In this document: positions 48,857-57,650 of the stretch, one piece after another
Position numbering within the stretch: position 1 is the first letter of the stretch
Layout of the letters: the number at the start of each line of letters is the position of its first letter
Assembly (NCBI GenBank): GCA_040752855.1
Contig: JBFMHP010000039.1
Span: 5,202 to 69,201 of the forward strand
Length of the DNA: 64,000 bases
Direction of reading: 5' to 3'
Source: Pseudomonadota bacterium
GTDB lineage: Bacteria > Pseudomonadota > Gammaproteobacteria > RBG-16-57-12
Position numbers and translations under genes: made by a program
The notes under the pieces: generated by a model
Database searches by the model: none
The model's input: only the letters and a program-made list of their open reading frames with translations
Told to the model about the DNA's origin: nothing

Positions 48857-49748
48857 AATCGACCAGCCAACCTCCTGTAAACAGAATGAGCCCCCAAAGC
48901 AACAGGGCGCGCCGGATCAGGCGCAAGGCGCGTTCGATATCACCGGTCCGCGCGCCACGCCCTTCACCCAATAACGGCCGCGCCTGCATAGCGCCGTGAT
49001 AACTCACTGGTCCACCGAGCAACACGCCGAGACTGCCCGCGCCCGCCGCCATCACCGGTCCGGCATTCGGGCTTTTCCACCGGGCGCCTTGCGAGCGCCA
49101 GCAGCGCAGTGCGCGGGTGAAGTGGCCGACCAAGGCATAGCTCAACGCCGTCAGCCGCGCCGGGATGAAATTCATCACATCATCCAGGCGCGCCGCGGCC
49201 CAGCCGAAACGAGAATAGCGCGCATTGCGGTAGCCCCACATCGCATCCAGCGTGTTGGCCAAACGGTACAGCACCACTCCGGGTGCGCCCGCGAGGACAA
49301 ACCAGAAGATGGCGCCGAAGATGGCGTCGTTACCGTTTTCCAGCACCGATTCCACCGTCGCCTTGACGACACCCTCGGCGTCCAGCGGTTCGGTATCGCG
49401 GCTGACCATGAAGCCGACCCGCAGCCGCGCCGTGGACAGGTCACCGCGGAGCAAGGCCTCGCGCACCCGCCCGGCGTGTTCGCCGAGGCTCTTCCAGCCG
49501 ATGGCAAGATAGAGCACGGCCACGTCGAACACGCTGCCCCACGGCAATGCGTCGATCAGTAGCGCGAGCAGGACGAACGGTGTGAGCAGCAGAGCCACCG
49601 CGAGACAGCCGCGCGCGCGCGAGTCGGCATGGAGACGGCGTTCCAGCGCCTGCGCCAGCCGTCCGAACCCGACCAGCGGGTGGAAGCGGCGCGGTTCGCC
49701 AAACAGCCCGTCAAGAACGAGGGCAGTGAACACAGGCAATGCGGCCAT
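48840..49748 (-). CDS. cbiB: adenosylcobinamide-phosphate synthase
   Basis: HPLVGFG, VSRDT, ESVLENGND, YRLANTLDAMWGY, SPNAG. Confidence 0.93.
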   Translation of the reverse strand: MAALPVFTALVLDGLFGEPRRFHPLVGFGRLAQALERRLHADSRARGCLAVALLLTPFVLLALLIDALPWGSVFDVAVLYLAIGWKSLGEHAGRVREALLRGDLSTARLRVGFMVSRDTEPLDAEGVVKATVESVLENGNDAIFGAIFWFVLAGAPGVVLYRLANTLDAMWGYRNARYSRFGWAAARLDDVMNFIPARLTALSYALVGHFTRALRCWRSQGARWKSPNAGPVMAAGAGSLGVLLGGPVSYHGAMQARPLLGEGRGARTGDIERALRLIRRALLLWGLILFTGGWLVDYDIAA

Positions 49749-49751
49749 GGC

Positions 49752-50417
49752 TCAGTAGGAGGTCGGTGTCGGTTCGGCTTGCTCCGGCCAGCGGTTCTCG
49801 AAGAGAACATCACCGAATGACAATCGCTTCCCCCAGCCGGCCTCCTCGAACATCGGCCTGGGATAAAAGGCAGCGACATGCCCAATGCAGAGAAGGGCGA
49901 TCGCACGCGCACCCTCGGGCAGGGCCAGTGCTTCGCCGACTGCCTTTGGATCGAAGAAGGAGACCCAACCAAGACCGATCCCCTCCGCTCGCGCCGCCAA
50001 CCACATGTTCTGGATGGCGCAGCCCACCGATGCCACATCCATCTCCGGCAGCAAGCGGCGTCCGATGATGTGTCGCTCGCGCCCTGGCATCAGCACCACC
50101 GTCACCAATTCGGCACAGTCGAGCATCCCCTCGATTTTCGCTTTGCGGAACTCTTCATTGCGTGAGGGCAGCACCTGGGCGGTGAGCTCCTTCTCTTCCA
50201 TTACTAGCCGGTGCAGATGCCGTCGTAGCGCATGATCAGCGATCCTGATGAAGCGCCACGGCTGCATGAAACCCACCGAAGGTGCCAGGTGGGCGGCCTG
50301 TATCAGTCGCTCCAGCATCCCCGCCGGCAGTGGACCGGGTAAAAAGTGCCGCATGTCGCGGCGCTCGCGTATCGCACGGTAAACGGCGGCAATCTCGGCG
50401 TCTGTATAGCGGCTCAT
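49752..50417 (-). CDS. bluB: 5,6-dimethylbenzimidazole synthase
   Basis: RRDMRHF, APSVGFMQPWRF, PEMD..S..CAIQNMWLAARAEG.GLGWVS. Confidence 0.92.
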   Translation of the reverse strand: MSRYTDAEIAAVYRAIRERRDMRHFLPGPLPAGMLERLIQAAHLAPSVGFMQPWRFIRIADHALRRHLHRLVMEEKELTAQVLPSRNEEFRKAKIEGMLDCAELVTVVLMPGRERHIIGRRLLPEMDVASVGCAIQNMWLAARAEGIGLGWVSFFDPKAVGEALALPEGARAIALLCIGHVAAFYPRPMFEEAGWGKRLSFGDVLFENRWPEQAEPTPTSY

Positions 50418-51706
50418 GGCAGGAACAACCTCGCGCTGGCATCGGGATTGGAGGGGAAATAGAAATGCAGGTAGGAAGCAGTCAACCGCCCCTGCCGGTA
50501 TACCGCCTCCGGCGCGCCGTGGTGTCGGGCCGCTGCGGAATGCGCAATCGGCGCAGCGTCGTCCGCCAGGGATGAATAATGGAAGGTGTGTCCTCTGAGC
50601 TCGCCTTCCGGCAACCGCACGCTGTGCAAGCCGAGATTGGCGAGCGTCTTCCGCATGATTGCGCAGCCTGGGAGCAGCCCGACCATCTCCGCGCGGCGGC
50701 CTTGGACGTCGGTGAGCGATTCGACCAGATACAGCATGCCCCCGCACTCGGCGACGATGGGACGGCCGTCGGCGTGAAAGGCGCGAATCGCCGCTTTCAT
50801 CGCCTCGTCGGCGGCGAGTCGATCGAGATGCAGTTCAGGATAGCCGCCGGGCAGGTAGAGCGCACCGGCTTGCGGCAACGTCTCGTCATCGAGCGGCGAG
50901 AAAAACGCGAGCTCGGCGCCGAGCGCTTGCAGCAGTTCGAGATTGGCACGGTACAGAAAGGAAAATGCGGCATCCCGCGCCACGGCGATACGTATACCCG
51001 CCAGAATCGGTTTTATCGTTGACTGCGGCGGCGCAGTGAACGCGACCGGGCGCAGCGATGCAGTGTTTCCGCCGTTGAGCGCGGTGGCGGCGCGCGCGAT
51101 GCGCGCATCGAGATCACCGACCTCGGCGGCCTGAACCAGGCCGAGGTGCCGTTCCGGCAGGGCGATGGCAGCGTCGCGCGCCAGCCAGCCGTATGCGATC
51201 ACCCCCGGCGGCAGGCCCTCGGCGAGCATCTGATAGTGACGCTCGCCCGCGACGCGGTTGGCGAACACGCCGGCAAAGGGCAGGCCCGGGCGATAGGTCG
51301 CCAGGCCATGGGCGACGGCGCCGAAGGTCTGCGCCATGGCGCCGCCGTCGATCACCGCGAGTAAGGGAATGTCGAACAGCATCGCGAGGTCGGCACTGGA
51401 GCGCTCACCGTCGAACAGGCCCATGACGCCTTCGATGAGAATCAAGTCAGCCGCGCCCGCAGCGTCATATAAAAGTTGGCGGCAGTGCTCTTCACCGCCC
51501 ATCCACAAGTCGAGTTGATACACCGGATTGCCGGAGGCGTGTTCAAGGATCATGGGATCGAGAAAATCCGGCCCGGTCTTGAACACACGCACGCGTAGTC
51601 CCTGATCACGGTAACGGCGTGCGAGCGCGGCGGTGACTGTGGTCTTGCCTTGGCCGGAGGCCGGCGCGGCGATAAACAGCGCGGGGCAATGCCGGGATGC
51701 GCTCAT
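50414..51706 (-). CDS. cobB: cobyrinate a,c-diamide synthase
   Basis: SGQGKTT, FKTGPDFLDP, IEGVMGLFDG, ERHLGL, PGGYPEL, AECGG. Confidence 0.93.
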   Translation of the reverse strand: MSASRHCPALFIAAPASGQGKTTVTAALARRYRDQGLRVRVFKTGPDFLDPMILEHASGNPVYQLDLWMGGEEHCRQLLYDAAGAADLILIEGVMGLFDGERSSADLAMLFDIPLLAVIDGGAMAQTFGAVAHGLATYRPGLPFAGVFANRVAGERHYQMLAEGLPPGVIAYGWLARDAAIALPERHLGLVQAAEVGDLDARIARAATALNGGNTASLRPVAFTAPPQSTIKPILAGIRIAVARDAAFSFLYRANLELLQALGAELAFFSPLDDETLPQAGALYLPGGYPELHLDRLAADEAMKAAIRAFHADGRPIVAECGGMLYLVESLTDVQGRRAEMVGLLPGCAIMRKTLANLGLHSVRLPEGELRGHTFHYSSLADDAAPIAHSAAARHHGAPEAVYRQGRLTASYLHFYFPSNPDASARLFLP

Positions 51707-52365
51707 AGATCCACCCCCTTCTGCGCCCGCACGCCGGCGCGAAAGGCATGTTTGACGTCGCGCAGTTCGGTCACGGTATCGGCCGCCGCAATGAGCGCTT
51801 GGGGCGCGGCGCGGCCGGTTATCACGACGTGCTGCATGGGCGGGCGGGCCGCCAGGTCGTCGAGCACGGCAGCGATATCCAGCCAGCCGTATTTGAGCGG
51901 ATAGGTGAGTTCATCGAGCACCACCAGTCCCAGGTCCTCGTCGCGGAGCATCTCGCGCGCCACGGCCCAGCCGCGTTGCGCGGTCTCGGTATCGCGGGCG
52001 AGGTTCTGTGTCTCCCAGGTGAAGCCCTCTCCGAGCACGTGCCAAACCACGCCGGGCTGGCGGCGAAAGAACCCTTCCTCGCCCGTGATCGCTCCCGGCA
52101 TCCTGCCTCCCGCGACACTCGCACATCCCTGTGCGTCGCCACTGCGCCCTTTGATGAACTGCGCCACACCGACCCGCAGGCCATGGCCGAGCGCGCGCGC
52201 CGCCATGCCGAAGGCCGAGGATGACTTGCCCTTGCCGTTGCCGGTGAGCACCAGCAGCAGGCCTTGGTCGCGATCGGCGCGCTCAATCGCCGCATCGACC
52301 ACGGTCTTCTTGCGTTGCATGCGCGCCCGGTGGCGCTGTTCCCGATCGGTCGCGTTCATCGTCAT
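51703..52365 (-). CDS. cobO: cob(I)yrinic acid a,c-diamide adenosyltransferase with an in-frame 17-aa repeat insertion
   Basis: TGNGKGKSSSAFG, QFIKG, GFTWETQ, VLDEL, ITGR, KHAF.AG. Confidence 0.92.
   Translation of the reverse strand: MTMNATDREQRHRARMQRKKTVVDAAIERADRDQGLLLVLTGNGKGKSSSAFGMAARALGHGLRVGVAQFIKGRSGDAQGCASVAGGRMPGAITGEEGFFRRQPGVVWHVLGEGFTWETQNLARDTETAQRGWAVAREMLRDEDLGLVVLDELTYPLKYGWLDIAAVLDDLAARPPMQHVVITGRAAPQALIAAADTVTELRDVKHAFRAGVRAQKGVDL
52087..52137. repeat. 51-bp element, copy 1 (inside cobO)
   Basis: GATCGCTCCCGGCATCCTGCCTCCCGCGACACTCGCACATCCCTGTGCGTC. Confidence 0.92.
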
Positions 52366-53024
52366 CGCGCGGCGCTCGCCCTGTGCGTCGGTCGCTCTCG
52401 GCATCCTGCCTCCCGCGACACTCGCACATCCCTGTGCGTCGCTTTTACGTTGCGGGCCAGTTCGAACAGCGCATGCACCAGGGCGGCAACGCCGACGTAG
52501 AAGGCCAGCGATTGCAGATACCTCGGGAAATATTGCGCCAGCCGCCCGGCGAACTCGGCGAGGGTCGGCTCGACAAAGCGGCCGGAGAAGAAATAGAACC
52601 CGCCGCTGGAGAACAGCTCGCAGACCACGGCGCCGGTCATGACGGCCCCGGCAAGCGGCAGCAACGTATGCCACTCGAAGCGATATTGCCCGGCATACCA
52701 GCGTCCGGCGAACCAGAGGGCGCCGTAGGCCGGTAACAGGAAGAAGTAGGCAGGGGTCAGGCAAAAGGCCCGGCCGCCGCTCACGATCTCCGCCAGGCTG
52801 GCGCCACCGAGCAGGTGAGGGGTGAAATCCAGCCCCCAGACCAAGGCGAGCATGGCCGGCAGGGTCCACACCGGCCGCAGGTACACGCCGGCGAGAAAGA
52901 ACACGGCCCAAGAGGCGCCGGGCAGGCTGTGCAGCGTCGCGAAGTGCTGGCCCCTAGTGGCGATGAGCAGCAGCATCAGCATGGCGCCGATCAGGATTTG
53001 ATTGCGGTTCGATAATGTCAACAT
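52362..53024 (-). CDS. btuM: BtuM-like solitary S-component cobalamin transporter
   Basis: TR..HF...HSLP.ASWAVFFL.GVY and FCLTPAY (Cys ligand motif); directly downstream of btuB. Confidence 0.8.
   Translation of the reverse strand: MLTLSNRNQILIGAMLMLLLIATRGQHFATLHSLPGASWAVFFLAGVYLRPVWTLPAMLALVWGLDFTPHLLGGASLAEIVSGGRAFCLTPAYFFLLPAYGALWFAGRWYAGQYRFEWHTLLPLAGAVMTGAVVCELFSSGGFYFFSGRFVEPTLAEFAGRLAQYFPRYLQSLAFYVGVAALVHALFELARNVKATHRDVRVSREAGCRERPTHRASAAR
52390..52440. repeat. 51-bp element, copy 2 (inside the btuM 3' end)
   Basis: 49/51 identical to 52087-52137. Confidence 0.92.
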
Positions 53025-53054
53025 GACGGGCTCCTTGGGTTGTGTCGTTTGTGG

Positions 53055-54845
53055 TCAGGGTTGATAGCGCAGGGTCAGGTACAGGCTGCGCCCCGGCTGG
53101 TTGTAGAACGCGGCGGTCTCATAGTCCTTGCCGAGCAGGTTCTCGATGCGCGCCTGCATGAGCCAATCCTTGGCCAGGCCAATCTCGGCACGCACGTCGA
53201 GCGTGGTATAGCCGCCCAAGCTCCGGGTGTTGGCGAGATCGTCATAGCGGTTGCCCGCGGCGAGCAGGGTGGCACCCAGGCGGCAATGGCCAAAATCGCG
53301 ATCGGCGTCGAGGCGCAGGGATTGCCTGGCTCTGCGCGGCAGCATGTTGCCGTCATTGGCGCCCCCAGAACGGTTTTCCGGATCGAGCAGCGTGAGGTTC
53401 GCGTTCATATCCCAGCTTCCCAGCCGGACGCCGGTTACCGCTTCCAGGCCGCGGATGCGCGCCTGGTCGATGTTGGCGGGTGCGAAGGTGCTTGAGTCGA
53501 AGGCGATCAGATCATGGATGCGGGTCTCGTAAGCGTTGAGCGACCACCGGCCCCAGGCGGGCTCACCGCGCAGGCCGAGCTCCATGCTGCGCGACTCCTC
53601 GGGGCGCAGGTCCGGCTTGCCATAACCCGGAAAGTACAGCTCGTTGAACGTCGGCGCCTTGAATGCGGTCCCATAGACTGCAGTCAGCCGCAGGCCTGCG
53701 CGCAGGGCGTAACCCCAGGCCGCGCCGCCGGTGTTCCGGTTGCCGAACTGTTCGTTGTCTTCCCGGCGCAGGGACAGTTGCACATCCTGGGCCCCGAACG
53801 CCCCCTGATATTGGGTGAACAGTCCCGTGTTGTCGCGCGCGCCAACGGCATAGGCAGCGGTGCCGTCGACCCGGTCGTCTTGATAGTCGGCGCCGAGCGT
53901 GAGCAGATGATCGGTGGCGATGGAAAGGTCGTTCTGGAAAGAGAGCGTATCCCGTTGCGTGTCGAAGCGGCTCTTAAAGACGCCGTCTTTGAAATTATCA
54001 GACTCATCCCGGCTGCGGCCCGCTGTCAGGGCGATGCGCCACATGTCCACGGGGGAAAAGCGCAGCGTCCCGCCCGACACCTGTTGCACCGACTCGGATT
54101 CGTTGACGGCGCTGCCGTCGAACTCGTTATCGCCTTCGGCATGCATGGCGTGGATGTCCAGCTCGATCCCGCTGTCGAACTGACGGCCCGCGCGCAGCGA
54201 CCCCGACCGGTTGCGATAACCGTCGCGATCGGGATCGGAATCGGTGCGGGCGTCAAAGCCCTCGGTGGCGAAGCCGCTCGCGCTCACATTGAACCAGCCG
54301 CGATCGCCGCCGCCCGACACTCCCGTCGATACGTTATGGGTGCGATTGCTACCGCCGCCGATATGAAAGAAGGGCTTGAAGGCGCCGCCGCCCTTGCGGG
54401 TGAAGATCTGGATCACCCCACCGATGGCCTCGGAGCCGTACAGGCTGGAGCGCGGCCCGCGCACGATCTCGATGCGTTCGATCTGCTCGACGGGAATATC
54501 CTGAAACGACGTGGTGCCCAGCGTCGCCGAGCCGACCTTGACGCCGTCGACCAGAACCAGCACGTGGTCGGACTCGGTGCCTCGCAGGAATACCGAGGTG
54601 GCCTTGCCGGCGCCGCCGTTGTTAGCGATGCTGACGCCCGGGACGCCACGCAGTAAATCCTGGACGGACTGCGCCTGCAGGCGCTCTATCTCTTTTTTCG
54701 TGATGACGGTTACCGAGGACAGCGTCTCGTCCGCCGTTTGGGCGGTGCGGGTCGCGGTGACGATGAGGGGATCGAATTCGGTGGCAAAAGCCGAGCGGGC
54801 GCACAACAGCATCAGTGCCGCCGCAGGCAGACAGCGTTTCTTCAT
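53055..54845 (-). CDS. btuB: TonB-dependent vitamin B12 receptor
   Basis: IVTATR, RGTESDHVLVLVDG, IERIEIVRGPRSSLYGSEAIGGVIQIFT; under a cobalamin riboswitch. Confidence 0.92.
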   Translation of the reverse strand: MKKRCLPAAALMLLCARSAFATEFDPLIVTATRTAQTADETLSSVTVITKKEIERLQAQSVQDLLRGVPGVSIANNGGAGKATSVFLRGTESDHVLVLVDGVKVGSATLGTTSFQDIPVEQIERIEIVRGPRSSLYGSEAIGGVIQIFTRKGGGAFKPFFHIGGGSNRTHNVSTGVSGGGDRGWFNVSASGFATEGFDARTDSDPDRDGYRNRSGSLRAGRQFDSGIELDIHAMHAEGDNEFDGSAVNESESVQQVSGGTLRFSPVDMWRIALTAGRSRDESDNFKDGVFKSRFDTQRDTLSFQNDLSIATDHLLTLGADYQDDRVDGTAAYAVGARDNTGLFTQYQGAFGAQDVQLSLRREDNEQFGNRNTGGAAWGYALRAGLRLTAVYGTAFKAPTFNELYFPGYGKPDLRPEESRSMELGLRGEPAWGRWSLNAYETRIHDLIAFDSSTFAPANIDQARIRGLEAVTGVRLGSWDMNANLTLLDPENRSGGANDGNMLPRRARQSLRLDADRDFGHCRLGATLLAAGNRYDDLANTRSLGGYTTLDVRAEIGLAKDWLMQARIENLLGKDYETAAFYNQPGRSLYLTLRYQP

Positions 54846-54983
54846 TTTTTGTTTTCCTCCGGCGCACTCACCCGCGCGCCAATCGGTGACACAAAGACAC
54901 CGCGGAGGAAAAGAATCAGACGGAAACAGGGAAAGAAGAACGACCTGTCAGCCGCAGCATCGCCCTCCGCAATGCCAACCAAC

Positions 54984-55190
54984 GGCTTCAGGCCGGTCTC
55001 CGGGCTCGCGAGCGGTCTTGAAAGACCTGGGCGGATCGCCTTCCCACGTCGAAACGCAGTGGCTCGATGATCCGCGTGCTACTCACTTACCGTTGCGGGG
55101 GCAGCGCCGGAATTGTTCGACAAAATGTCAGGAACGCACCGGCTTCCCGTTTCATCCCTTGGGTGGATACCCTTGGGACACCTGAAGCAG
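54984..55190 (-). ncRNA. cobalamin (AdoCbl) riboswitch
   Basis: Minus strand AGGTG...AAACGGGAAGCCGGTG...ATTCCGGCGCTGCCCCCGCAACGGTAA...GCCACTG...GGGAAGG...GAGCCCGGAGACCGGCCTG. Confidence 0.93.
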
Positions 55191-55387
55191 GCCATAAACT
55201 AAACCTGCAACGTCGAAGCAGTCAAATTTTTTTCGCGCGGGCGCGACCGTCATCCAACCGCTTGAACGGTCACCGCGCAACTCATCGACTTTGAACGGCG
55301 CCGTCGACGATCGTTGGAGCCGTTGGCCCTGCGCCGGGGAACAAAGCCCGCTGGAGTCCTCGCGATCTTGCAGAAATGCGCAAAAAA

Positions 55388-55416
55388 AAAAGACCAACCG
55401 CGATTGGTTGGCCTTT
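55388..55416 (-). terminator. intrinsic terminator after tRNA-Phe
   Basis: Minus strand GGCCAACCAATCGCGGTTGGTC followed by a T tract. Confidence 0.8.
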
Positions 55417-55425
55417 ATATTTTAG

Positions 55426-55501
55426 TGGTGCCCGGGGGCGGAATCGAACCACCGACACGAGGATTTTCAATCCTCTGCTCTACCGACTGAGCTACCCGGG
55501 C
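55426..55501 (-). tRNA. tRNA-Phe (GAA)
   Basis: GCCCGGGTAGCTCAGTCGGTAGAGCAGAGGATTGAAAATCCTCGTGTCGGTGGTTCGATTCCGCCCCCGGGCACCA; 76 nt, encoded CCA. Confidence 0.98.
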
Positions 55502-55516
55502 GCCGGAAGAAGGCGT

Positions 55517-55545
55517 ATTAAACCTGTAGAACGGCCCTGAGTCAA
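55517..55545 (-). promoter_or_regulatory. sigma-70 promoter of tRNA-Phe
   Basis: TTGACT-N17-TTTAAT. Confidence 0.7.
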
Positions 55546-55560
55546 GCGCCGTGGGCGCGG

Positions 55561-55833
55561 CTACTTCTTGGGGGGAACGTAGTCTTCGGGGAGCTTGCCG
55601 CCGTCGCCGAAGAAGAAGCTGTTCATCTGCTCTTCGAGAAAGGCGCGGTGCTTGGGATCGATCGGGCTGAGGCGGTATTCGTTGATCAGCATGGTCTGCT
55701 GGCGCAGCCACATTTGCCAGCCTTCCTTCGAGACATTTTCGAAGATTTTCTTGCCCAGCGCACCGGGATAGGGCTGCCGGTCGAGGCCTTCGGCCTCTTT
55801 TCCTGTTTTGACGCACTTCACCATTCGAGTCAT
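55561..55833 (-). CDS. yggX: Fe(II)-trafficking / oxidative damage protection protein
   Basis: RMVKCVK...[13 protein letters not shown]...VSKEGW..W...QTMLINE. Confidence 0.95.
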   Translation of the reverse strand: MTRMVKCVKTGKEAEGLDRQPYPGALGKKIFENVSKEGWQMWLRQQTMLINEYRLSPIDPKHRAFLEEQMNSFFFGDGGKLPEDYVPPKK

Positions 55834-55850
55834 GGATACAACACCTTTCA

Positions 55851-56906
55851 CTATGTGATTTGCGATGCGAGTTGCGCGAGCAGGCGCTCTACCGGGGCGG
55901 CCAATCCGCGCGCATCGGGTTGTTGAGTGTTATACCAGACTATGTCGCCCGGTTCCATGATGCGATGGCCTGCAGAGCGCGATTGCAGCAGCAGCGGTTG
56001 GATGTCGAGATGAAAATGGCTGAAGGTGTGGCGCAGCACCGCGCCCGGGGTGGGCTGCCGCACCGTGAGGCCGTAGCGGCGCGCGCACCAGGCCTCGAGC
56101 GGATCGTCCTGCGGCCACTCCGGCAGGCTCCACAAACCACCCCAGATGCCGGTGGGCGGGCGACGTTCGAGCAGCACGTGTCCGTGGTCATCGCGAATGA
56201 TCAGCATGGTGGTGGTGCGCACGGGCAGCGCCTTGCGTGGGCGCGGGGTCGGGAAGTCTGCTGTACGCTGCAATTGCCTCGCCTGGCAGCCGGAGTGCAG
56301 CGGGCAGTGCTCGCACTGCGGCCGGGTGCGCGTGCAGCAGGTCGCGCCCAGGTCCATGATGGCCTGGGTGTACTCGGGCACGCGCTCATGCGGGGTGTGC
56401 TGGTCGGCCAGCGCCCAGAGTCGTTTTTCAACCGCGGGCTGCCCCGGCCAGCCTGAGATGGCGTGATAGCGGCAGAGCACGCGCTTGACGTTGCCGTCGA
56501 GGATCACCTGGCGGCTGCCGGTGCTGAAGGCGAGGATCGCCCCGGCGGTGGAGGGGCCGATGCCGGGCAGGGCCACGACCTGCTCGAACTCGGTGGGAAA
56601 ACGCCCGCAATGCTCATCGCGGATGCGCTGCGCGGCGCGGTGCAGATTGCGCGCCCGGGCGTAATAGCCGAGCCCGCTCCAGAGGTGCAGCACCTCGTCG
56701 ATGCCGGCATCGGCGAGGCGCACCACATCGGGGAAGCGTGCCATGAAGCGCTGGTAATACGGAATGACGGTCGTGACCTGGGTCTGCTGCAACATAATCT
56801 CGGAGATCCAGATCGCATAGGCGTCGCGCCCCTGCTGCCAAGGCAGGTCCTTGCGGCCGGAATGGTCGTACCAGGCGAGGAGTTGTTTGGCGAAGGAGTC
56901 TGACAT
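55851..56906 (-). CDS. mutY: A/G-specific adenine glycosylase
   Basis: [37 protein letters not shown], 4Fe-4S Cys motif. Confidence 0.96.
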   Translation of the reverse strand: MSDSFAKQLLAWYDHSGRKDLPWQQGRDAYAIWISEIMLQQTQVTTVIPYYQRFMARFPDVVRLADAGIDEVLHLWSGLGYYARARNLHRAAQRIRDEHCGRFPTEFEQVVALPGIGPSTAGAILAFSTGSRQVILDGNVKRVLCRYHAISGWPGQPAVEKRLWALADQHTPHERVPEYTQAIMDLGATCCTRTRPQCEHCPLHSGCQARQLQRTADFPTPRPRKALPVRTTTMLIIRDDHGHVLLERRPPTGIWGGLWSLPEWPQDDPLEAWCARRYGLTVRQPTPGAVLRHTFSHFHLDIQPLLLQSRSAGHRIMEPGDIVWYNTQQPDARGLAAPVERLLAQLASQIT

Positions 56907-57085
56907 GGCTGCGCTTAACATACAGGATTGTGATTGCGAAAACAGCTAGCAACCGCTGGCAGCCGCGGCGGCATAAAATGATCGATAACCTTGTCTAAAA
57001 TTACTTGACCGCATCTGAACGAGACAATTCTCAAATTCCCGGAATTGACGTAACATGACCGCTCGAACATAAATAGCCGCCAACC

Positions 57086-57514
57086 ATGCTGCAGCTGCGC
57101 CGACACATCCTGAACAACGCGTATCTCTGGACCATCTGCCTGGCAAGCGCGCTGGTTTTCGTGTTCTGTGTGCAGCCGCATATACATATTCACACGGACC
57201 ACCAACACACCGCCGACGTAGCGCCACACCCCCACCAAGCCGATGTGCATCAATCCCATTTGGGAAACACGCATGACGCCGAACACGGCTCCGCGGCCCA
57301 TTTGGAGCATGAAACCTATGTCGTCAATGTCTCACCCGACGGGATACACAAATCCTTTACTTCCATGCTGCTGGTCTGCGCGCTTATAAGCATTGTCATT
57401 CTCTTGCTTTCGCCGGCAACCCGCCTATTGCTGAGTTTCCCGCATCAAGACGATTTCCCTCACCTTCGCCGCCGCGCGGCCCTGCCGCCCCAACTGCGCG
57501 CGCCGCCGCGCTAA
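57086..57514 (+). CDS. His-rich two-TM protein with a C-terminal RAPP motif (upstream ORF of czcCBA)
   Basis: TM1, then HIHIHTDHQH...HPH...H...H...H...H..H, then TM2, ending LPPQLRAPPR*. Confidence 0.75.
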   Translation: MLQLRRHILNNAYLWTICLASALVFVFCVQPHIHIHTDHQHTADVAPHPHQADVHQSHLGNTHDAEHGSAAHLEHETYVVNVSPDGIHKSFTSMLLVCALISIVILLLSPATRLLLSFPHQDDFPHLRRRAALPPQLRAPPR

Positions 57515-57650
57515 ACATCCCTCTTCGCATCACTGAAAAGCACTGACGCCACCGGCGTTCAGGCATGCCTGCGCGCTGTCACGCCGGGCATCCGGAACCT
57601 TCGTCCGCGGGCAGTGCACATCAACCGGCAAAAACACAGAAGGAATACAC

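Noticed and set aside
51703-52911. 402-aa ORF suggesting an N-terminally extended CobO with an internal peptide repeat
   Set aside because: The extension overlaps btuM in another frame and is Arg-rich nonsense. The repeat arises only because the two 51-bp elements are 303 bp apart. The real start at 52365 overlaps the btuM stop (ATGA).
47750-55430. Cobalamin operon as a genomic island integrated at tRNA-Phe
   Set aside because: No integrase and no duplicated tRNA 3' end found by eye; composition resembles the host.
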